A stretch of 64,000 bases of DNA from a virus (taxonomy: Duplodnaviria; Caudoviricetes), in the IMG/VR virus record IMGVR_UViG_3300032007_000010. One strand, 5' to 3'. This document shows positions 21,061 through 29,013 of the stretch, one piece after another (position 1 is the stretch's first letter; each line of letters opens with the position of its first letter). A model generated the notes under the pieces. That model worked only from the letters and a program-made list of their open reading frames with translations, did no database searches and was not told the origin of the DNA. A program made the translations under genes and the position numbers.

Positions 21061-22134
21061 TCACAACGTAAGCATCTTCGCACGACTGGCTGGTCCGAAG
21101 ATCCCATCCGCCGAGAGCCCATACGCTCGCTGCCAATTCATGACACAGGTTCTGGTCCCGGGTCCAAATGAACCGTCACAGAACATTGTCTGGTTCTGTC
21201 CCTTGGTGGCAAAGCCGAGACCATATAGCTGGTACTGGAGCCATTTCACATCATTGCCGGAGTATCCCTTCCTCAGAACCCTGGTCGGAGCCGCATATGG
21301 ATTGGTGCTCACGACAGTTTTCTTCGTGCTAACCGGTATGGTGACAGTTGTGACCGGGGAGACAGGTTGCTCGGTGCCAGATGGACCGAACATCACGATC
21401 GTGTTGATCTGACGATTTTCGGCGGTTTGCATTCTGCTTCCGTTCACATCCATGACGTAGCTCCCGCCACCATCGAGCTTGATCGCGGAGTAGAAACCAT
21501 ATTTCTTGAGCATCCTATAGGCTTCGCCGGAGCTGATCATATTGCCGCTGGTGGAGCGCCATCCGATGATATAGACATTTGTGTCGTTCGGCTTCTTGAT
21601 GGCGAGAATTGTGTGGTATGTTCCATAGAGCTCGGAACCATACCAACCCTGGTTCTTCACATAGTTTGCCCAGCTAACATCGGCTCCGTTTAGCATCAGA
21701 GGAACGCCCATGACAGCGTATTTATAGCTGAGATCCATGGACGTGAGATTGGCGATATTGGCCGCGCCGTTGCGGATGGTAAGCGTGGTGAGAGCTTTGC
21801 CATGAAATTGTTTATTCTGAAAGTTCCAGGCTGTGCCGTCGAACGCCTGCTTTGTTCCATTTCTCGGTCCACGTTCTTTCATATAGTGGTCACACCAGTA
21901 ATCCCTGGCGATAGACGTTTTGAACTGTGGAAGATCCATGTCGCAGACCACGTGACCGATCGGCAGCGTGAAGTGAGCCTTCGGATTGGCTTCGTCATAG
22001 CCCTGGAAAAACGAAGCATTTGCATAGTTCTTTAGACCAGAAACCTTCTTCGGAGCGTTGAGCATCTTGACCTTGAAATCACTGACCGGACAAGTCACAA
22101 TCCAGAGCGTGCTGGAAACCTTTTGCACTTGCAT
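21061..22134 (-). CDS. Phosphodiester glycosidase (NAGPA-like) with C-terminal peptidoglycan-binding domain, lysin-like
   Basis: AIKLDGGGS motif. C-terminal LRKGYSGNDVKWLQ..DGSFGPGT..WQ..GLSADGIFGP (PG_binding_1). Late promoter at 22168-22179 on the minus strand. Confidence 0.75.
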   Translation of the reverse strand: MQVQKVSSTLWIVTCPVSDFKVKMLNAPKKVSGLKNYANASFFQGYDEANPKAHFTLPIGHVVCDMDLPQFKTSIARDYWCDHYMKERGPRNGTKQAFDGTAWNFQNKQFHGKALTTLTIRNGAANIANLTSMDLSYKYAVMGVPLMLNGADVSWANYVKNQGWYGSELYGTYHTILAIKKPNDTNVYIIGWRSTSGNMISSGEAYRMLKKYGFYSAIKLDGGGSYVMDVNGSRMQTAENRQINTIVMFGPSGTEQPVSPVTTVTIPVSTKKTVVSTNPYAAPTRVLRKGYSGNDVKWLQYQLYGLGFATKGQNQTMFCDGSFGPGTRTCVMNWQRAYGLSADGIFGPASRAKMLTL

Positions 22135-22297
22135 GAGTAATTATCCTCCTTTATCATAATAAAACATTATACTCATGTCAGGATTTTTGGTTCCGTGGAT
22201 TTCCGGAAATGATAACCCGCACCGATATATACTATAGATACGAAAGACGATGAATATCTTCCCGACTCTGGGGTCACAAGAGAGAAAGGAAACTATC

Positions 22298-22630
22298 ATG
22301 AGCAAGATTACCTGCGATTCCAAGGTTGTTTGGAATGCGTTCCAGAATCTCTATTCCGGGGATCCTGCACAGACCCTTATTATCCATAACGGAGATGATA
22401 GGTGCGAAATATCAGCAGATTTCATTGAGTGGCTCACCGAGAAGTACCGCTGGTCAATGCCCGAAGATGACGAGACGATCTATGACTTCCTCGAGAAGTT
22501 CTCTGAAAAGAACCCGTCGATGTCCACGTTGCTCCTCCCGTACACAAGGGCAGAGATCGAGAGCGATTCCTTCCGGTCCGTTAGCACCGGTGATTATATC
22601 GAGTGCGATACCATTCACATCTACATCTAA
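22298..22630 (+). CDS. Hypothetical protein
   Basis: RBS, early promoter at 22226. Confidence 0.6.
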   Translation: MSKITCDSKVVWNAFQNLYSGDPAQTLIIHNGDDRCEISADFIEWLTEKYRWSMPEDDETIYDFLEKFSEKNPSMSTLLLPYTRAEIESDSFRSVSTGDYIECDTIHIYI

Positions 22631-22724
22631 CATATCATCGAGCGGAGAGGAATCGGTCTGTGATAGATCGGTTCCTTTTTAATAGTAAAATTGGAAAGAA
22701 ATTGGTATAAGAGAAAGGATAAGG

Positions 22725-23246
22725 ATGAAGATGAAATATACATCATTTGATCAGAAGATCATCGATGTTTTTAACGATAGTGGGCCAGGGGATTACTACA
22801 AAAAATGCGCCATTGTCGGCAGAAGATGTCGTTGTAGCCCATCCAAGGTTTACAAGGTACTGCAACGTGAAGCACGCACGGAATCCATCAGAACGCAATA
22901 TGGTAAATTCAACATTGCCGAGCTGGATCTGCCGTATCAAATCTTCGATACGCTCGATCGCATTGGGGTCTACAGGATCTATGAGGCTATGAACATGAAC
23001 CTCGACTTTTGGAAGCGATATGTGCGTCTCGGCGACCGTCTGTGGAATGTATTCCAGACAGCACTCAATGAATATTTTGGTCGTTGTGATGATCAGGATC
23101 AGCTAGATGCACTGCTCGCAGAGATGGATGCCGAGTATAAAGTATGGCGCCTGGCGAAAGATCGTATGCCAAAGACCAGTCTGGCCGAGACGATCTCAAT
23201 GATGGCCGCAACTCATCTCATGCTGGGGGATCATCCATATGGATAG
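22725..23246 (+). CDS. Hypothetical protein, possibly HTH-containing
   Basis: 173-aa ORF with RBS. Confidence 0.55.
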   Translation: MKMKYTSFDQKIIDVFNDSGPGDYYKKCAIVGRRCRCSPSKVYKVLQREARTESIRTQYGKFNIAELDLPYQIFDTLDRIGVYRIYEAMNMNLDFWKRYVRLGDRLWNVFQTALNEYFGRCDDQDQLDALLAEMDAEYKVWRLAKDRMPKTSLAETISMMAATHLMLGDHPYG

Positions 23247-23649
23247 ACGATTTTATCACGTGAGTGATCCAAAGAATCTTGGATCCATCCTCGAAAAGGG
23301 TCTGCTTCCACGCATCGGGAAACATTCAAAGATCGCTAGCGAATCCTGTAAGCTGGTCTATCTCTTTGGTTCCAAGGATGATCTCTACGACGCGTTGTTG
23401 ACCTGGCTTGGCGAACTCTACGAAGATAAACCTATTCTCATCATCGAGCTAGATCTTGACCAAGAGAAATATGGTATTCAACTGCGCAGCAATGGATATG
23501 AATGGATTAGCGAAAATCGCATACCACCTGAGACCATCGCTGATTATACCGTCTTCGACAAGAAGGGCTATCGATGCTCGGATATGCACAACCGGACCAT
23601 CGCGAAAAACGCCGGTGGTCGATTTCTGATTACGCAATACTTTAGATGA
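23239..23649 (+). CDS. Tpt1/KptA-like ADP-ribosyltransferase-fold protein
   Basis: FYHVS..NLGSILEKGLLP..VYL..EW...IPP pattern. Confidence 0.55.
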   Translation: MDRRFYHVSDPKNLGSILEKGLLPRIGKHSKIASESCKLVYLFGSKDDLYDALLTWLGELYEDKPILIIELDLDQEKYGIQLRSNGYEWISENRIPPETIADYTVFDKKGYRCSDMHNRTIAKNAGGRFLITQYFR

Positions 23650-23745
23650 AAAAAAAAGAAACCCTCCACCAGGGTTTCTCTTTAGGTTTAACAGTACCCG
23701 GAACAATGATATAATCATATTTTAATAGGAAAGGAGACATCTCCT

Positions 23746-24951
23746 ATGATCATGTCAGACAAGGTCAGGGACCTCATCCTGAAGATGGATGTGTTCTGCA
23801 CCAAGAAGGGCAAGGACATCTCCGTCACCAAGGAGCTGGTCGGCCTGATCAACGATATCTTCGGCGACAATGCCTTGGATTCCATCTTCGTGAATACCGA
23901 CGACCAGTTCAACATCCCCGATGTGGCGGTGATTCCGCTCTACAACCAAGAGTTCTCGAGCTTCATCATGACCGATGATTTCGCGAACTGCTGCCCCTAT
24001 GGCTACACCATCGAGATCCACCAGCGCGTCTTTGAGAAGCTCAACCCCGAGGAGCTCACGGCGCTGGTGCTCCATGACGTGCTCCAGAATGTCGAATCCT
24101 GCACCGCCAAGCTGCGTCTGCTCACGGCCTACAACAGTGTGTTTTCGAAGTATCGCAACGAGGATGTGCTGGATCTCTTCGACGACATCAGCACCTCCGA
24201 GGTGATGTTCATGATGTTTGTGGACATCTGCTGCAGACCCTTCCGGGTTCCCGCCTCCGAGGCCGAATATGTGGCCACCGATGCGACGCTCAAGGAGCTG
24301 GGCCTCGCCGACGCCTATGACAGCTATCTCCGGAAGGTGCTGCCCATGTCCAACGATACGGTCGAAACTCGCATGGAGACCGAGACCAAGAACGACTATC
24401 GCACCGTGCGCACCATCATCAAATCCTGCATGGATCGTGACATTCGGCATTACTATGCGGTGTTCAAGAACGCGATTCCGCTGGTCAGCCTCGAGAACAT
24501 CTTCGCGGGAAAGACCACCGTGACCTCGCTCGGCTTCATCTCCCGCAAACGTTCGGTGCGCAACCGTCTCGTGGGCAAAGATGGCTCCATGATCAACGAG
24601 GCAGCCGTGCTCAACGAGACCTACATCAACCCCCGCAATGAAGTAGAGTATCGTTTCCAGGTCGACAAGATCATCGCCGACATTCGTTACTGCGAGACCG
24701 AGGCCGAACGCCAGGTGATCCTCATCAAGATCAAGAACCTGGCTCTCAAGTTTACCAAGGTCAAGGGTCTTCTCGAGAAGGATCTCGAGAAAGATTCCAG
24801 CAGTGAGACGCTGAACCACCAGTATACGTTCATCATGAATCTGCTCGATGAGCTCGACATGCTCCGCAAGAAGACCCTGGAACTGGACCTCACTCGGAAA
24901 CCCTACGGTCTCTGGGTGCGAGGCGCTGGTCCCGACGGTTACACTGGTTGA
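23746..24951 (+). CDS. Probable virion protein with a degenerate zincin-like motif
   Basis: Late promoter at 23702, strong codon bias, ELTALVLHDVLQ resembles ELTAxxLHExGH, INEAAVLNE motif. Confidence 0.55.
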   Translation: MIMSDKVRDLILKMDVFCTKKGKDISVTKELVGLINDIFGDNALDSIFVNTDDQFNIPDVAVIPLYNQEFSSFIMTDDFANCCPYGYTIEIHQRVFEKLNPEELTALVLHDVLQNVESCTAKLRLLTAYNSVFSKYRNEDVLDLFDDISTSEVMFMMFVDICCRPFRVPASEAEYVATDATLKELGLADAYDSYLRKVLPMSNDTVETRMETETKNDYRTVRTIIKSCMDRDIRHYYAVFKNAIPLVSLENIFAGKTTVTSLGFISRKRSVRNRLVGKDGSMINEAAVLNETYINPRNEVEYRFQVDKIIADIRYCETEAERQVILIKIKNLALKFTKVKGLLEKDLEKDSSSETLNHQYTFIMNLLDELDMLRKKTLELDLTRKPYGLWVRGAGPDGYTG

Positions 24952-24967
24952 TGGGAGGAATTATACG

Positions 24968-26152
24968 ATGGAATACACATTAGAAGAACTCCAATTTCTC
25001 TCGGAGACCGGCATCGATCTCCATGCCTGGGAGAAAGACGAGAAACTAGACGAGGCAGCCATCAAGGCTCGCGAAGATATCAAGAAGGGCGAGGCCTATC
25101 AGAAGTTCCTCGAGGCCAAGAAGGCCTATCGTACGGAAAAGGATCCTGCGAAACAGGCTGAGCTTATCCAAGCATGCATCGATCTTCTCGAAGAGGTCAT
25201 CGTAGAGGCCGAGGAGATGCCAGCCGACAACATCCCCGAATGGCTCATCAGCTTCGTGATCGTCAACCTCAAGGCGATTCCGTCCAAGTTATTCTGGTCG
25301 ATTTTTGGTTTCAGCTACACCAAGATTCCCATCTCGGCGCATACCACACGCAATCGCTTCATCTCCGAGCTGCGCGATATGCAGCGCAAGCTCCAGAAGG
25401 AACTCAACAAGGCCGAGAAGAATGCGTCCAAGAAGAGCGTGAACGAAGCATGTGAGAAGGAAAACAAAGATGCACAGAATGAATCGGCCATCGAACCGAT
25501 CAACGAGGGCGTCATCGACGTGGCCAAGACCCTCGCAACCAAGGTGAAGCATCTCTTCAAGCCCGGCGGGAAGGTTGAACAGAAGACCGATGCGCCCGAG
25601 GCCAGGGTTAATGCCATGGCCAAGTTTGCGGATCTCGAACCGAAGAAGGTCAAGAATGCCGATGACAAGGACGAAGAGGTTCCCGACAAGCTGGCCAAGA
25701 AAGCCGCGGACATGAGCGTCTCCATAAATCCGAGCGGTGATTCGGCGGTGTCTCCATCCCGCTACATGGACTACATCACCGATAAAAACAGTGTTATCGA
25801 TGAGCTCGGCTACATTGCGGCATCCTTCTACAAGAGCTATCATGGACCGAAGACCATGTACTTCTTCGGAACCATGAACCCTGACACCGCGGTGTTCATC
25901 GGGATCACCAAGGACGACAGAGTACTCGTCGAAAAGTCTCCATACTCCGGACCCATTGTTTGGGCGCTCCTCAAGGCGGCCAACGATAAGAGTGTCTTCA
26001 GCGAGAAGGAGATCTATGGATATCGCTTCATCGTCGAGGATGATGGCAAGGATGGGCTCGATTTCAGTCTTGGTTTCAAGTATGAAAAGATGACCAAGGC
26101 CGATGCTCTTAAATATGCCACAGACATGCTCAGCTACAAGAACGAAAATTGA
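24968..26152 (+). CDS. Probable internal head protein
   Basis: GGGAGG RBS, repeated LDEA/VNEA/QNES/INEG motifs. Confidence 0.55.
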   Translation: MEYTLEELQFLSETGIDLHAWEKDEKLDEAAIKAREDIKKGEAYQKFLEAKKAYRTEKDPAKQAELIQACIDLLEEVIVEAEEMPADNIPEWLISFVIVNLKAIPSKLFWSIFGFSYTKIPISAHTTRNRFISELRDMQRKLQKELNKAEKNASKKSVNEACEKENKDAQNESAIEPINEGVIDVAKTLATKVKHLFKPGGKVEQKTDAPEARVNAMAKFADLEPKKVKNADDKDEEVPDKLAKKAADMSVSINPSGDSAVSPSRYMDYITDKNSVIDELGYIAASFYKSYHGPKTMYFFGTMNPDTAVFIGITKDDRVLVEKSPYSGPIVWALLKAANDKSVFSEKEIYGYRFIVEDDGKDGLDFSLGFKYEKMTKADALKYATDMLSYKNEN

Positions 26153-26225
26153 CATTCATCACATTCCCACCCGGACCATCAAGGCTCGGGTGGGATTTTA
26201 ATATCAAAGACTGGAGCTGTTTCTC

Positions 26226-26720
26226 ATGGATAAATTTTTGAGCGGTAAAATAACAGATCGCTACAATACAGCATCAGAAACGGAGAGGGACATGGTACAA
26301 CTCAATGAACAGCTGAACCATCTTAATATAAGCACATTACCCACGATACGCCGAGATTTGGAAGAGAAGCTGGATAAGAAGGATTACGAAAAGAGCGAAG
26401 CATTGCTCATGGATCATATCAACGATCGCTTCGATAGGATCGGTTCTCGTATTGACAATGAGATCTTCAAGCAGAGGGAATCATTGTTTTGGATCGTCTA
26501 TCTCATTTGCAATTCCTTATTCATGCGATTTTTCAACTTCTTTGGTCACTGGTATGTGATTGATCACAAGATGAATGGTCTGTGCTGTGAAATCCGTGAG
26601 CCGACCAGCACAGAGGATTTTCGCAATCATTGGAGGTTCTATCGTTCTAGGCGAGGCAAAGAATGGCGCAAAGTCTTCGAGCAAAAACATAAGAAGTCGC
26701 TTAGCTTCAGCTGTATGTAA
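26226..26720 (+). CDS. Hypothetical protein
   Basis: 164-aa ORF. Confidence 0.55.
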   Translation: MDKFLSGKITDRYNTASETERDMVQLNEQLNHLNISTLPTIRRDLEEKLDKKDYEKSEALLMDHINDRFDRIGSRIDNEIFKQRESLFWIVYLICNSLFMRFFNFFGHWYVIDHKMNGLCCEIREPTSTEDFRNHWRFYRSRRGKEWRKVFEQKHKKSLSFSCM

Positions 26721-26754
26721 TGTTCAAAACAACTATTAAAAGGAGGATGCTATA

Positions 26755-27075
26755 ATGACACGCGAAGATGTAAAGAAGGCCACAGAACTCATCGGCAAGA
26801 CCGACCTTGCTGCTCATACCATATACATGATGGATAATAGTACTGATATGACCATCACAATCGCCTACAACGATGTTTCGCTTGACGCAAATCGCTGTGA
26901 GAATTGTCAGATTCATATCACAAGACAACAGTATCGTGATCGGAAGGGAACCATTGAATCGGACAGCGTCGTTCACGATTTGGACAATCGTGACATCAAT
27001 ATCATACGAGAAGGTTTGCGCGATATCTTCGATAAGATTCGTGCCAAGAGCAAGGTTGAATTCGAGAGCATGTGA
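26755..27075 (+). CDS. Hypothetical protein
   Basis: AGGAGG RBS. Confidence 0.6.
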   Translation: MTREDVKKATELIGKTDLAAHTIYMMDNSTDMTITIAYNDVSLDANRCENCQIHITRQQYRDRKGTIESDSVVHDLDNRDINIIREGLRDIFDKIRAKSKVEFESM

Positions 27076-27087
27076 GGTATAATATCT

Positions 27088-27549
27088 ATGGATACAAAAT
27101 TGAATTGGATTCCGTTACTCGTAACCCTTGATCAAACCAAGTCGATCAACGACGAAGATAACATTGTACAGGGTCGCGTCGTGCTCAACGGGAACACTGA
27201 TCGAGTCTTGATTAGAGTTTATCCGATTTCTGCAAATCCCCTGGAAACTCAATACCGAGCCGAGATCTTCGACGACGATGATAAGAATCCGGTACACGCT
27301 TTCAACCTATGTTGTGGATCCATGACAGGCGCTTGCCATACCACAGAAGAGTGGCTCATGCCGCTACTGGGAGAGAAGCTGCAACATATGATGCAATTAT
27401 ATATGAAGCTAAGCTGTTTGATGATAGGATACAATGATGATCATCAGAAACAAAAGATGACAATTAAAATTCCTCCTCCCTGCGATATGACGATTGCAAT
27501 AACCGAAGAAGAGAAGATGGTAGATTATATGGAGAACTTCCCGAAATGA
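27088..27549 (+). CDS. Hypothetical protein
   Basis: GAGGT RBS. Confidence 0.55.
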   Translation: MDTKLNWIPLLVTLDQTKSINDEDNIVQGRVVLNGNTDRVLIRVYPISANPLETQYRAEIFDDDDKNPVHAFNLCCGSMTGACHTTEEWLMPLLGEKLQHMMQLYMKLSCLMIGYNDDHQKQKMTIKIPPPCDMTIAITEEEKMVDYMENFPK

Positions 27550-27817
27550 TGGATATGAATAAGTTTTTCCTTGCTCAACCACACCAACCTGAATGACTAA
27601 ATAAGAGGAAACAAAATGATGAATCGAGGGATTCCTTCATTACCACCAATCTACTCCATAGTAGAGTATTCCAACTATGTTTGTGATAGCGTGACGGTGC
27701 TTTCGCGACAAACAATGCATATACATCACTATTACACAAACCTGAGAATCAAACAACGGTTATGCGAAGATGCAGAACATTTTCTCCAATCCGTTCTGAG
27801 TGAAAGGAGTTGACAGG

Positions 27818-27991
27818 ATGAAGACCGAGATTGATCTTACCGAGGGAGAGCTCAGGATTCTTCAGAACATGTTTGAGCTCTACAATATCATCGCCGAGCA
27901 GGAACGATATTTTAACTACAATGTTCGCAGTGATCTCTTCTATCTAAAAGAAAAGTTGAACAGCGCGTTGGGTCTCAACATCGACTATTAA
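27818..27991 (+). CDS. Small hypothetical protein
   Basis: AAGGAG RBS before MKTEIDL. Confidence 0.5.
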   Translation: MKTEIDLTEGELRILQNMFELYNIIAEQERYFNYNVRSDLFYLKEKLNSALGLNIDY

Positions 27992-28098
27992 AATTTCCGA
28001 TTTCTTCCACATACAGGAATATATATCATAACGGTGAAGGAGAGAAAGTTGGGCCTTTCGCCTTCTAAATTTTATCTACATATGAGGGAGAAATCAAC

Positions 28099-28356
28099 AT
28101 GAAAAAGTCTACCATGGTTTGGATCCAGCGCCTCGTCGGTCTGCTCATGCTCATCATCGGCGCCTACGTCGGCATCTTCCTGAACGAGGTCAATTCGATC
28201 TTGATCACCATCATCTTCTTTGCACTCGGTCTCGATGCACTGCTCAGCACCAAGCTGTCCTGGTTCTGGGACTGCTTCGACGAGGAAGAGTACAAGAAAA
28301 AGCAGGCCGAGAAGGTTGCCAAGCGCACCGAGCGCTACGAGTCCAAGCTCAACTGA
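28099..28356 (+). CDS. Small two-TM membrane protein
   Basis: Two hydrophobic helices and a charged C-terminus, early promoter at 28020. Confidence 0.65.
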   Translation: MKKSTMVWIQRLVGLLMLIIGAYVGIFLNEVNSILITIIFFALGLDALLSTKLSWFWDCFDEEEYKKKQAEKVAKRTERYESKLN

Positions 28357-28459
28357 GCAGAAAAGAATCACCTCGCCCAATCTAGGGCGAGGTTTCTTTT
28401 TCGTTGACATGGTTATAATAAACTCCCGTCGTAATCTTTTTGTAAAGGAGAATGATATC

Positions 28460-28909
28460 ATGAGCGAAGGCTCCATCAATAAGACAGGCTCCATCGTCAC
28501 CTCGGGCAATGACCGTGGCAACTACTCGTCCACGCTCTCCGAAGATGCCCTCGCCGCCATCCGCGCCTCGAGTGGTTCCTCCGATGATTCTGGTTCCGGT
28601 GACTCTACTTCTCCAACCGGCGATGCATACTGGTCCTGCGGTCATCCGAAGACCATCGATCATCGGCACCTCGGCAAGATCGCCATGGGCAAAAAGTTTG
28701 AGATCAATGGAAGCACCGTGAACTCGACCTATGGTGAGTGGGTTGCCAACCTCGATCTGCTCGTGTCCAAGGGATACATCAACGAGTGCATGAAGGTTTC
28801 TTTTTTGCAGCTCAACCTCTACAATCGCGATCATGCGACCGTCGAGGATCCGGATGGTGAGCCCGAGACTCCGTCTCCGATCCGCTGGTGGCCATACTTC
28901 ACAACCTGA
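28460..28909 (+). CDS. Hypothetical late protein
   Basis: GACA-N6-TA at 28406, AAGGAG RBS. Confidence 0.6.
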   Translation: MSEGSINKTGSIVTSGNDRGNYSSTLSEDALAAIRASSGSSDDSGSGDSTSPTGDAYWSCGHPKTIDHRHLGKIAMGKKFEINGSTVNSTYGEWVANLDLLVSKGYINECMKVSFLQLNLYNRDHATVEDPDGEPETPSPIRWWPYFTT

Positions 28910-29013
28910 ACACGCAGTCCCCTCCCGAGATGGGAGGGGAACTCTGTCCTTTCAATCCGGAATCAACTCGACATTTCTATAATCATAATGAATCAAAGGA
29001 TGTGATGATGAAC

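Noticed and set aside
28099-28356. Holin call for the two-TM protein
   Set aside because: It follows an early-type promoter and is not linked to the lysin-like gene; evidence is insufficient
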